Below, in pieces: positions 14,872-23,574 of a stretch of DNA of 32,000 nucleotides. How positions within the stretch are numbered: position 1 is the stretch's first letter; every line of letters begins with the position of its first letter. The DNA lies in assembly GCA_963704705.1 (NCBI GenBank), contig OY969931.1, forward strand, positions 30,001 to 62,000, written 5' to 3'. This stretch comes from an uncultured bacterium (GTDB lineage: Bacteria; Patescibacteriota; Gracilibacteria; UBA1369; PNNO01). The notes below the pieces were generated by a model. It was not told the origin of the DNA, ran no database searches, and was given only the letters and a program-made list of their open reading frames with translations. The translations under genes were made by a program, and so were the position numbers.

Positions 14872-16887
14872 TTAATCTTCGCTATCCTCATCGAATTCAT
14901 CTTCCTCTCCAAATTCCATGTCGCTGGAACCATCAGTCATGGGTAATCTTTGACTGGCACGTCTTTTTTGGTTTTTTTCACGTCTTTTAAGTATATTTTG
15001 ATAATCTTCCTTTTCTTGTTTTGTTTTACCTCTAACCAAAAAGTGAACAACTTCAGTGCCATAAGTTTCATCTTCAACTACTTCTTCAATATGAATATTT
15101 GTATGATGACAAAACTCTTCCCATTGCCACATAGTGGGTCTGTTTATTGGAAGAAGCAAAATATCGGTATCATGATCAATAAATCTTGCATCTGATAAAT
15201 TATTGGAATTTTTTTCAACTACTTCTCTTTTATACACCAATCTCGGTGCGATTCTTAGTAATTTAGGTCTGCCAGGTGCGTTTTCAAATCCAAATTCTAT
15301 ATCAAAAACCTCTTTTAAATCAGTAATTTGTTTATAATTATCATTTGGATCATAGTAAGACACTGCTTTTGGATCTAAAAATAGAGATCCAACGAAATTC
15401 CTTGAAGGTTCATTGTCGTAAGGTTTTAACATCCCTTGATGAGCCCGGCCTTTTCTTATTTGTACTCCAATTACACAATAATTTGCACAAATTATCTCTC
15501 CATCATCATCAACCGTTGGTTCATTAAGTAATTTTTTAGATACGATTTCCCTTAAAAATTCTTCCGTATCTTCATAGTTATTTGGCGTATTGCCATAAAT
15601 ATGATGCAAAACACCCATTTCTGGTGTCGCATTAAGCTCACCTAAATCTAGTTTTTCAAAGGTTGTCTGAATAGGGTGAATCAAAAGCGGAATATTTACA
15701 TTATCAATTCTTATAATATCCTCTGAGTCATCAGACTTATGCAAACTAAGCATCCTTGCAATAAGCATTTTAAGAAATTCAGATGTTTGGCTGGCTCTTT
15801 TTTCAATTTCTTCTTCAGGCATCTTATCTGGATTCACATACAGCTTCACGCTATTATCAGCATTCTGTGCTGCTTCTTCACCTTCTTTAACTTTATATTT
15901 ATCATTATTTTGCTTAACAAATTGTTCAAGTATTTTTTTCAATTTTGTTGTTAAATAGGCCATATTATCTGATACCCTTAATTTGGCATTTTTAGCTCTT
16001 TCGTTATTAATAGAACGCAAAACATCAATTAATGGAGAAAGCCATTTTCGGTGAATTGCCTGCTTGTTAGGTGTTCGTGTAAGCATTAAAAGATAATTCG
16101 TATATTTTTGAATAAGGGTTGTAATTGCCACAAATAACATAGCCATACTTTCATCAATAAGGAAATCCTCAAATTGAATATGTTCCCTTCCTTTTAATGC
16201 TGTGTCAGTTGCAACAACTGTCAAAGAACCATCGGCCGGGCCTAAATCAGACATGACCATCTTTTTTGCATTTTTTGGCAGCGCAATATCTACGAACCGT
16301 GAATTATGCAATTGGATTAATGCTTCAGCAGCGTCGTGATTTCTTTTATATGGCTGCTGTTCAATTAAACCAACCCAGCCTGCTGCATCATAATATGCTG
16401 CATGCGGAGGCATTATGCCGAATTTTAATGCATATTCAATACAGTCTCTTTTTGTTTGCAAAATTTCATCATCAACCTGCTGAAGTACATTTTCAATATC
16501 AAGAGTAGGAGGCATAAGATATTCGTTGGCAACCTCTAATTCGTCAGGCGTGAGTTCATTTATATCAGAAAGCAGCATTGTCAGAGTTCTGGCAACTTGA
16601 AGATTTGTGAAACTTCTGATAATTTCAGGTGCACTTTGATTTGTTGTCTCCTGAATTTCCTTAAAATCCCGAATGGTTCTTTGCTTTGCTTCTGCCGTAA
16701 GCTGTGATGAATCTGTAAATCCGTTTATTGTTTGGCTTACTCTTTGTTCAAATTCCGGAAATAACTTTTCAAATTCTGCTCGATTTATTGAATCAAATGT
16801 ATCCCACAAATCAAGTTGCTCAACCATCAATTTCGGTTTGGGCCCACTATCTTCATCAATCGGATTGTATGGTCTAAATTTACGCAA
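14872..16887 (-). CDS. Large orphan protein (671 aa) with acidic C-terminal tail; possible degenerate class-I methyltransferase-like core
   Basis: Long uninterrupted ORF with a TTG start (alternative Met at codon 21) and its own candidate promoter. Motifs: MVMSDLGPADGSLT, FLIDESMAML, IHPIQTTFEKLDL, HHIYGNTPNNYE. C-terminus: EFGEEDEFDEDSED. Confidence 0.65.
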   Translation of the reverse strand: MRKFRPYNPIDEDSGPKPKLMVEQLDLWDTFDSINRAEFEKLFPEFEQRVSQTINGFTDSSQLTAEAKQRTIRDFKEIQETTNQSAPEIIRSFTNLQVARTLTMLLSDINELTPDELEVANEYLMPPTLDIENVLQQVDDEILQTKRDCIEYALKFGIMPPHAAYYDAAGWVGLIEQQPYKRNHDAAEALIQLHNSRFVDIALPKNAKKMVMSDLGPADGSLTVVATDTALKGREHIQFEDFLIDESMAMLFVAITTLIQKYTNYLLMLTRTPNKQAIHRKWLSPLIDVLRSINNERAKNAKLRVSDNMAYLTTKLKKILEQFVKQNNDKYKVKEGEEAAQNADNSVKLYVNPDKMPEEEIEKRASQTSEFLKMLIARMLSLHKSDDSEDIIRIDNVNIPLLIHPIQTTFEKLDLGELNATPEMGVLHHIYGNTPNNYEDTEEFLREIVSKKLLNEPTVDDDGEIICANYCVIGVQIRKGRAHQGMLKPYDNEPSRNFVGSLFLDPKAVSYYDPNDNYKQITDLKEVFDIEFGFENAPGRPKLLRIAPRLVYKREVVEKNSNNLSDARFIDHDTDILLLPINRPTMWQWEEFCHHTNIHIEEVVEDETYGTEVVHFLVRGKTKQEKEDYQNILKRREKNQKRRASQRLPMTDGSSDMEFGEEDEFDEDSED

Positions 16888-16935
16888 ATTATTTTTTTAT
16901 CAATACAACTAAACAACTAATATAGAAAGGGAGTA

Positions 16936-16965
16936 ATTTTAAAACAAATTCACACCCCTTGTCAA
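16936..16965 (-). promoter_or_regulatory. Candidate promoter for the 671-aa orphan gene
   Basis: The minus strand reads TTGACA, 18-nt spacer, TAAAAT, about 48 nt upstream of the TTG start. Confidence 0.45.
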
Positions 16966-17082
16966 GTATAATTTTAAGGCAAATGTTGTTAATATCAAGC
17001 AACTTAACTGGCTTTTTATTGAGTTTGTTATAAATTAATATTTATGTTAGAGTTGTATCCCAATTATTTTAACTAATCAGAC

Positions 17083-18153
17083 TTGGAATTTCGATATACA
17101 CAAGCCAAAAAAACTAGGTCGCTGAAAATCGGCAATTTTGAAATAGGCGGAAACAATCCAATCGCGATTCAATCGATGACAACTACAAAAACACACGACT
17201 GGAAGTCTACAGTTGAACAATGTAAGGCACTCGAGCAAGAAAAATGCGATATAATTCGTATAGCCATACCTGATTTTGAAGCGGCAAAAGCTATCCCTAA
17301 AATAAAAGAACATATTAATATGCCGCTTGTTGCTGATATTCATTTTGATCACAATCTTGCAATTGAAGCACTTAAACAAGGAGCTGATAAAGTTCGTATA
17401 AATCCCGGTAATATAGGTTCAAAAGAAGGAATAGCGGAAATTGTAGAAGTTGCTAAAAAGCTAGATAAAGCAATTAGAATAGGTGTAAATTCCGGTTCAA
17501 TGGAAGAAGAAATTCTTGAAAAATATGGGCATCCCACAGCCCAGGCATTTGTTGAATCAGCCCTAAACAGCATTAGGTTCTGTGAAAATCTTGGATTTCA
17601 AAACATGGTTGTTTCACTTAAATCAACCGAAGTGCCCGACGCAATTGAAGCTTATAGATTATTTGCACAACAATCTGATTATCCGCTTCATGTTGGTATG
17701 ACTGAAGCAGGCACAATGATTCCGGGAATAACAAAAAACGCAATTGGTATTGCTACACTTTTGCAGGAAGGAATCGGTGACACAATTCGCGTTTCAATGA
17801 CCGAAGATCCGATTGACCAAGTTAAAACAGCTAAAGAAATTCTAAAATGTCTGCATTTATATGACAAAGAGCCAACCATTATTTCCTGCCCGACATGTGG
17901 CAGAACTGAAATTGATGTAAAAAAATTGTCGCTTGAAGTTACCCGCAGAACAGCGCATATAAATAAACCTTTAAAAATCACTGTGCTTGGCTGCGCTGTA
18001 AATGGGCCTGGCGAAGCAAAAGAAGCTGACTATGGAATTGCTGGCGGACGCGAAAAAGGAGTAATTTTTAAACAGGGAAAGATTTACAAAGTTGTTCCGG
18101 AGGCAGAGCTTCTTGATGAATTTATAAAGCTAATCGAATCTGAAAATGCCTAA
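17083..18153 (+). CDS. ispG: 4-hydroxy-3-methylbut-2-enyl diphosphate synthase
   Basis: NPIAIQSMTTT, RINPGNIG, and the Fe-S ligand region CPTCGRTE...GCAVNGPGEA. TTG start. Confidence 0.9.
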   Translation: MEFRYTQAKKTRSLKIGNFEIGGNNPIAIQSMTTTKTHDWKSTVEQCKALEQEKCDIIRIAIPDFEAAKAIPKIKEHINMPLVADIHFDHNLAIEALKQGADKVRINPGNIGSKEGIAEIVEVAKKLDKAIRIGVNSGSMEEEILEKYGHPTAQAFVESALNSIRFCENLGFQNMVVSLKSTEVPDAIEAYRLFAQQSDYPLHVGMTEAGTMIPGITKNAIGIATLLQEGIGDTIRVSMTEDPIDQVKTAKEILKCLHLYDKEPTIISCPTCGRTEIDVKKLSLEVTRRTAHINKPLKITVLGCAVNGPGEAKEADYGIAGGREKGVIFKQGKIYKVVPEAELLDEFIKLIESENA

Positions 18154-19132
18154 AAATATAATAATTATTGGCTCAACAGGTTCAATTGGCACTCAGGCGC
18201 TTGATATTGTTCGATCAAATCCAGCTGATTTTTGTATAGTCGGACTTTCCGCGCATAGTAACAAAGAGCTTTTAGATAAACAAATAGCTGAATTTAAGCC
18301 TAAATACGGTGGTACGCTTTGCGGAAATGATCTAATTAAAATGGTTAGTCATCAAGATGTGGATATTGTTTTATTCGGATGCAGAGGGATCGACTTAATT
18401 AACGTGTTAAAAACAGCAATTAAAGCAGACAAACATATCGCGATTGCAAACAAAGAAATGATTGTTGAATTCGGAGACGAAATAATGCAGCTCGTAAAAA
18501 ATTCAAATTGCAAATTTATTCCGGTAGATTCCGAACACAACGCGATTTTCCAAATTTTAAAAGATCGCAAAAAACAAGATATAGAAAAAGTTGTACTCAC
18601 TTGTTCGGGCGGGCCTTTTTGGAATCGCGAGAATCTCGACAACATAACTATCGAAGAGGCTTTAAGCCATCCAAAATGGAAAATGGGCAGCTATATAACA
18701 ATAGACAGTGCAACTCTTATGAATAAAGCTATTGAAATAATTGAAGCCAAGTACTTATTTGGGTTGGACCCATCTCAAATAGAAGTTTTAATTCACCCTG
18801 AATGTTTGGTTCACGGTATTGTACATTTCAAGGACGGCAGTTCAATCGCACATATGGGATTTCCGGATATGCGCATACCGATTTCTTATGCACTTTATTA
18901 TCCCGAGGTAAAAATCAATAATTTTCCGCGATTTGCCTTGGCTAATCAGAGCCTTAGTTTTTATGAGCCAGATAATGAAAAATTCCCTTCAATAAAAATG
19001 GCGTATGACGCAATTGAAAGAAAAAAAGAAGCTGCTTTACGAAGAGCAAATGAACAGGCAGTGGAAAAATTTTTAAAGGGTGATATTACTTTCAGCGACA
19101 TATTTGAACAAGTTAAAAAATTGATCGAATAG
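18146..19132 (+). CDS. dxr: 1-deoxy-D-xylulose 5-phosphate reductoisomerase (compact, 328 aa)
   Basis: IIIIGSTGSIGTQALD, IAIANKE, PVDSEHNAIFQ and HPKWKMGSYITIDSATLMNKAIE. Overlaps ispG by 8 nt. Confidence 0.9.
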   Translation: MPKNIIIIGSTGSIGTQALDIVRSNPADFCIVGLSAHSNKELLDKQIAEFKPKYGGTLCGNDLIKMVSHQDVDIVLFGCRGIDLINVLKTAIKADKHIAIANKEMIVEFGDEIMQLVKNSNCKFIPVDSEHNAIFQILKDRKKQDIEKVVLTCSGGPFWNRENLDNITIEEALSHPKWKMGSYITIDSATLMNKAIEIIEAKYLFGLDPSQIEVLIHPECLVHGIVHFKDGSSIAHMGFPDMRIPISYALYYPEVKINNFPRFALANQSLSFYEPDNEKFPSIKMAYDAIERKKEAALRRANEQAVEKFLKGDITFSDIFEQVKKLIE

Positions 19133-19149
19133 CCTTTTTGTGGTATAAT
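19121..19149 (+). promoter_or_regulatory. Sigma70-type promoter with extended -10
   Basis: TTGATC, 17-nt spacer, TATAAT preceded by TGG (TGTGGTATAAT). The -10 ends 22 nt before the ATG at 19172. Confidence 0.55.
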
Positions 19150-19171
19150 TATACGAAAATAAAAAACAAAA

Positions 19172-19513
19172 ATGGCTACAGAAAATAGCGGTAATGAAAG
19201 GCAAAAACGATTCCACGATTTATCAATAGTCGGACAGTTTCATAATGCTCCTAAAATATTCGGCGAAAGAGTGGAATATCCTTTTATTGAAGATTTAAAT
19301 GTAAGAGAAATTCAAATGCAGACAATAGAAAGAGTAAATAATTTAACAAACAACAAGGAGGCACTAACTTCTTCGGACGGTCTGCATCTTTATAAAGTTA
19401 TGAAAGCAGCGATTGATACTTCACTCAACCCTGAAGCGCAAAATGATCCTGAAGAAAATAAAAACTTACCTTATGTAAGAAAAAAATCAAAGAATATTTT
19501 GCTAACGTATTAG
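19172..19513 (+). CDS. Hypothetical protein, N-terminal part of a gene split at an A7 tract
   Basis: ORF in frame 2. It ends 27 nt after an A7 run (19480..19486), and the next frame is open from 19462. Confidence 0.5.
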   Translation: MATENSGNERQKRFHDLSIVGQFHNAPKIFGERVEYPFIEDLNVREIQMQTIERVNNLTNNKEALTSSDGLHLYKVMKAAIDTSLNPEAQNDPEENKNLPYVRKKSKNILLTY

Positions 19514-19893
19514 ATGATATTCAAAAGTATATCAGGACAATTCACGAAGGAGATAAAGCCGCTAAAAGCAGAAATCCTGAACGCACCGATCAGTCTGAGG
19601 CCAGAAGAAAAGCAGCACATAATCGATTAATGAGTGACATTAACACATTAAACAGGTCACTTATCTGGTGGTTTGGTAAAAACGAAATTGATCCCGGAGG
19701 GCTTCCTCCAAATTTAAGAGAAATGTATGAAAAACAGGAAGATACTTATATCAGCGACGAAGTTGAAAGAGTCGAAATCGGCCCAAATGGGATTTATCCT
19801 GCTACACTTAATACCAATGACCGAACACAAATCACTTATTGGGCTTTAAGAATTTATAAAGATCTGGCAAAGCTGGAGAATCAGTTAAGCTGA
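19462..19893 (+). CDS. Hypothetical protein, C-terminal part of the same split gene
   Basis: Frame 1 is open from 19462, and the listed ORF starts only at Met 19630. The upstream in-frame part reads KIKEYFANVLDDIQKYIRTIHEGDKAAKSRNPERTDQSEARRKAAHNRLMSD... with no start codon of its own. Confidence 0.5.
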   Translation, partial: KLTLCKKKIKEYFANVLDDIQKYIRTIHEGDKAAKSRNPERTDQSEARRKAAHNRLMSDINTLNRSLIWWFGKNEIDPGGLPPNLREMYEKQEDTYISDEVERVEIGPNGIYPATLNTNDRTQITYWALRIYKDLAKLENQLS

Positions 19894-20193
19894 TTGATCA
19901 AGCTGCCGCATGATAAGAGGGTAAATGATTAGATCATAAATATCCGAATCCGAACCAATAATTTTAACTTGAAGCAATGAGCCCGCTTTATCTTTGAATT
20001 TTTCAATAAGGCTATCCAGTCCTTCCAATGCTTTTGGATCAATTTTCTTATTATCCAGAATTTCACTAAAAATGCTGGCGCTTCTAATTGAAGCAATAAT
20101 TTTTGTTATTTCATATGCAATTTCCCTTATTTCTGCACCTTCAGGGTGAACAAGTAAAATATCGACAATTTTTTCAGCAGTTGATTCTGGCAT
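19885..20193 (-). CDS. Hypothetical protein (102 aa)
   Basis: ORF with a canonical promoter 23 nt upstream. No family recognised. Its 3' end overlaps the convergent gene by 9 nt. Confidence 0.5.
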   Translation of the reverse strand: MPESTAEKIVDILLVHPEGAEIREIAYEITKIIASIRSASIFSEILDNKKIDPKALEGLDSLIEKFKDKAGSLLQVKIIGSDSDIYDLIIYPLIMRQLDQSA

Positions 20194-20215
20194 AAATTGG
20201 AATTATTAGATTAAC

Positions 20216-20244
20216 CTTATACTTAAAAACTGCTATTTTGTCAA
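20216..20244 (-). promoter_or_regulatory. Sigma70-type promoter for 19885..20193
   Basis: The minus strand reads TTGACA, 17-nt spacer, TATAAG. Confidence 0.55.
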
Positions 20245-20283
20245 ATATTTTGTTTGCAAAATTAACAATATACGTGTCGAAGG

Positions 20284-20312
20284 TTGAAAATTTCGCTTTT
20301 TTATGCTATTAT
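20284..20312 (+). promoter_or_regulatory. Sigma70-type promoter for the 20336.. gene cluster
   Basis: TTGAAA, 17-nt spacer, TATTAT with an upstream TGC (extended -10). The -10 ends 23 nt before the ATG. Confidence 0.55.
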
Positions 20313-20335
20313 ATAAAGATTTTTAATAAATCTTT

Positions 20336-21361
20336 ATGTCTGCCAAAGGTCCCAAAAACACAGGCCCGGAAACAGCACCTCAAACTGAAACTCTTGAAGA
20401 AAAAATTGAGAGAACAGCTGCCATGCGCGACGAAGTAACAAACAGACTGCTTTCAGAGCTTATTCCTGAAAATAAAAGTCCAAGAAAATTTATTACTGAT
20501 GCTTGTAAGTTTGCAGGGGTAAGACCTCCGCAGCCTCATGACAGATTGGCACCTTTCGTATTTCAACTTCAAAAAAATATTTGTAAATTTCCTGATATAG
20601 ACAACCCGGAAGGTTGTGACGGCAAATGCGGTCCAATAACTTTTAATAAATTAATTGAGCAAATACCCCAATTAAAAGTTTTTTCAAAAGAAGTAAGAGC
20701 TAGTCAGTTTAAAGATCAAAGACAGGAGCTGGCAGCAACAATGGGTTCATCCTTACCAAGCAATACACCTGAGAATAATCCGGAATTGCCTAAAATAAAA
20801 CCTGAAAATGCGATTACAATCGGAGATTCATTAACATATGGCGTAGGAAAATATTTTTATAAAGGTACAAATAAATTTGGTAAGTATAATCGTGAATACT
20901 TTAAAATCGGACGTAGCGTTGTTACCAGCAGAAAACTTTTGGAAAAACAGCTTCCTTTATTAAAAAACAAGCCGGCTTATACGGTTTGGCTCGGTACAAA
21001 TGATCTTGGATATCGCTCTGCTGAAAGCATTTTTAGTGAACTTGAAAAAATCTACACAATGCTTTTAGATAACAACCCAAATGGAAGGATAGTTGCAATA
21101 ACTTTGCTTCCGCATCCGAAGTATCAGCATAAAATTGAAGAGGTAAACCGAAGAATAAAAGAATTCGCACGCTCTCACTCAAATAATGTTTCGGTTATTG
21201 ATTTGCATGATCAGGTTGTCAGAGCACAGCAAAATGGCCACAGTGATATTTTTTATGGTGATCAGGTTCATATCAAAGAAAAATATTCCAAAGCAATTTC
21301 AGCAATGTTGAAAGACCACCTTGCAAGCAACCAAAATCGTGATTTAACAGATTACCTTTAG
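20336..21361 (+). CDS. SGNH/GDSL-family hydrolase with N-terminal extension
   Basis: The C-terminal half carries SGNH blocks: ITIGDSLTYG (block I), WLGTNDL (block III) and GDQVHIKE (block V). The N-terminal ~150 aa is unassigned, with a weak resemblance to a PG-binding-like helix bundle around CDGKCGPITFNKLIEQ. Confidence 0.7.
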   Translation: MSAKGPKNTGPETAPQTETLEEKIERTAAMRDEVTNRLLSELIPENKSPRKFITDACKFAGVRPPQPHDRLAPFVFQLQKNICKFPDIDNPEGCDGKCGPITFNKLIEQIPQLKVFSKEVRASQFKDQRQELAATMGSSLPSNTPENNPELPKIKPENAITIGDSLTYGVGKYFYKGTNKFGKYNREYFKIGRSVVTSRKLLEKQLPLLKNKPAYTVWLGTNDLGYRSAESIFSELEKIYTMLLDNNPNGRIVAITLLPHPKYQHKIEEVNRRIKEFARSHSNNVSVIDLHDQVVRAQQNGHSDIFYGDQVHIKEKYSKAISAMLKDHLASNQNRDLTDYL

Positions 21362-21378
21362 TAATATATAATCTGGTC

Positions 21379-22323
21379 ATGATTAAAACTGTAATCGGGA
21401 TTATTTCGTATAACGACATGCATTATCTAAAAAAGACTTTGCCTGTTTTAAGCGAACTTCCGAATTCAAAAATTGTGATCCTGGACAATGCGCACAATGA
21501 TGACGTGCAAAAACTGATTAACCGAAATTATCCTCAAATCGATTATATTAGACATTCCGAAGGCAACCTTGGGTTTGGCCGCGGACATAATTATATTGTG
21601 CTTAAATCCCCTGTTTCGGATTATTATTTTTGTTTAAATAACGACATTCTAATTGAACCCGAGGTATACACTAAGTGTGTAGGCCATCTTGATTCCCATA
21701 AAGATGTTTGCATGGTTTCTGCCAAGCTCTACCATTGGGATTTTGACAAAGATAAAAAAACCAGAATTATAGATACTTTGGGCATTGTTGGTAATTACGC
21801 TCACCATTTTTGGGATCGCGGACAGGGTAAAATTGATACTGGTCAATATGACGATTCAATTAATCGAGTGTTCGGTATTTCCGGTGCGGCTTTTTTTATC
21901 AGACGAAACTGCATTCCAAAACTTCATGAAACATCAAACCAAATTTTTGATGAAAACTTTTTTATGTATAAAGAAGATATTGACCTTGCTTACAGAATGA
22001 GATGGCAGGATATGAGGATGGATTTTTTACCTTATGTACTTGGTTATCATGATCGGACAGTCAGCAAAAATAAAAAGAAATCATTGTTTGAAGCAAGCCA
22101 AAGCTATAAAAATCACTTAATTTTATTACGAAATAACTTTAGCTCTAAATATTCTTTTGCAATTAAATATCAAACATTTTTTTATGAATGTTTTAAGGTT
22201 ATCTTTAATTTGTTCAGGTGTCCAAAAGTATTGAAAGAATTAAAAAACGCATTTAAGATTAAGATTCAAAAATCAAAACGAACAATCTCACCCGGTAAAA
22301 TGAAAAAATATTTTCTTAAATAA
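21379..22323 (+). CDS. Glycosyltransferase family 2
   Basis: GIISYND...ILDNAHNDD, NLGFGRGHN, LNNDILIEP and FFMYKEDIDLAYRMR are typical of the GT2 (COG1216/WbbL-like) subfamily. Confidence 0.8.
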   Translation: MIKTVIGIISYNDMHYLKKTLPVLSELPNSKIVILDNAHNDDVQKLINRNYPQIDYIRHSEGNLGFGRGHNYIVLKSPVSDYYFCLNNDILIEPEVYTKCVGHLDSHKDVCMVSAKLYHWDFDKDKKTRIIDTLGIVGNYAHHFWDRGQGKIDTGQYDDSINRVFGISGAAFFIRRNCIPKLHETSNQIFDENFFMYKEDIDLAYRMRWQDMRMDFLPYVLGYHDRTVSKNKKKSLFEASQSYKNHLILLRNNFSSKYSFAIKYQTFFYECFKVIFNLFRCPKVLKELKNAFKIKIQKSKRTISPGKMKKYFLK

Positions 22324-22329
22324 TCAAAG

Positions 22330-23130
22330 ATGAATGACCTTGCGATTGTGATATTGCATTACAATACACCTGATGATGTAACCAAAAATTTCCTTGCATT
22401 TCAAAATGCCGAGCTGCCTGAAAAAACAGAATTTGTGTGTGTAAATAATGGAGGAAACAATGCAAATGACAACATCAACCCAAAGTCATACGAAGGTTTA
22501 AATGTTAAATTTTTTGATATACCAAACAAGGGATTTCCGCAAGGCAATAACTATGGAATTGATCATACAGATGCCAAAATAATATCTATGGTTAATCCGG
22601 ATATCGAAGTGGAACCAAACACTTTTAAAATCATACTCGATTACCTAAAAAATCATCCGAAAGTCGGAATTGTTTCTCCGCGTCTTATTTATCCTGATGG
22701 TTCAACGCAGGATAATTACAGAACTTTCCCTAAGTGGTATGACCTTATAATTAAAAGAATTCCAATACTCAGAAAAATGTTTTTGCACAGAATGCGCGAG
22801 TATTTATTGTGGGAAAAAGACCCTAATATAAACGAACCGGTTGATTGGACAACCGGAGCTTTCCAGGTGGTAACCCGAGAGTGCTGGGATCGCTGCGGTC
22901 CTAATAATGAAGATTATTTTTTATTTATGTCTGACCTTGAACTTTGTTGGGAGGCATGGGAAAAGGGCTTCCAGGTGCATTTTGTTGGCCAGGCAAAAGC
23001 AAAACATAATGATACACGTTTATCGCAGGGTGGCATTAAAGATATTTTCAAAAAGAAAACAATGCGGATCCACATAAAAGACGCATATACATATTTTAAA
23101 AAATATAAGGGGAAAAAGTTCCCAAGATAA
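22330..23130 (+). CDS. Glycosyltransferase family 2
   Basis: IVILHYNTPDD, VNNGGNN, NKGFPQGNNYG, VNPDIEVEP and YFLFMSDLELCWEAWEKG. Second GT2 of the same subfamily, 6 nt after the first. Confidence 0.8.
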   Translation: MNDLAIVILHYNTPDDVTKNFLAFQNAELPEKTEFVCVNNGGNNANDNINPKSYEGLNVKFFDIPNKGFPQGNNYGIDHTDAKIISMVNPDIEVEPNTFKIILDYLKNHPKVGIVSPRLIYPDGSTQDNYRTFPKWYDLIIKRIPILRKMFLHRMREYLLWEKDPNINEPVDWTTGAFQVVTRECWDRCGPNNEDYFLFMSDLELCWEAWEKGFQVHFVGQAKAKHNDTRLSQGGIKDIFKKKTMRIHIKDAYTYFKKYKGKKFPR

Positions 23131-23189
23131 ATTTGACAAAACTTATTAAAATATGTTTATATAACTAGCCTTTAATTAATCTAAATAAA

Positions 23190-23564
23190 ATGGCTAAACT
23201 ATTTGATGGTGAATGTGTAAATTCCGAATGCCCGCAAGCTAATGTAAAAGTTGAAACTTGGGGTGCTGGTGTGGATAATTCCACGCATAGAATAATTGGT
23301 TCCGAATGCGATCATTGCAGAGAAAGACTTCAGCATGTGTTAGCGCCATTAAGAATTATTGATAAATCCGGCAGTAAACATTGTAAAGATGGGGAACATG
23401 GAGAAGAAGTCTTTTTTGAATGTTCATCCCCAAGTAATTCACCCCACCCTAAACCAGGTGACACAATTATTGTTCCGGTTTCAGCGAAAACAAGCGATGG
23501 AAAGATAATTAAAGGTCCTGCAATTTGTACAGTCACCAGAGTCGAAGATAAAAATTCAAATTAA
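23190..23564 (+). CDS. Cys-rich small protein (putative zinc ribbon)
   Basis: 124 aa with CVNSEC...CDHC (a CX4C-X25-CX2C pattern) and three further Cys residues. No family recognised. Confidence 0.5.
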   Translation: MAKLFDGECVNSECPQANVKVETWGAGVDNSTHRIIGSECDHCRERLQHVLAPLRIIDKSGSKHCKDGEHGEEVFFECSSPSNSPHPKPGDTIIVPVSAKTSDGKIIKGPAICTVTRVEDKNSN

Positions 23565-23574
23565 CTTTCTATGC

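Noticed and set aside
16967-16972. A perfect plus-strand TATAAT upstream of ispG.
   Set aside because: There is no acceptable -35 or TG extension at the right spacing, and it lies 110 nt from the ispG start. It also overlaps the better-supported divergent minus-strand promoter. Left uncalled.
16888-17082. Search of the longer intergenic regions (5483..5688, 16888..17082, 20194..20335, 26394..26569) for tRNA/ncRNA genes, CRISPR repeats, or a diversity-generating-retroelement template repeat matching a nearby gene 3' end.
   Set aside because: I found no cloverleaf-like pairing, no regularly spaced repeats and no reverse transcriptase gene. I also saw no intergenic segment resembling the 3' end of the fibre or RHS genes. 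These regions are explained by promoters and the REP-like cluster.
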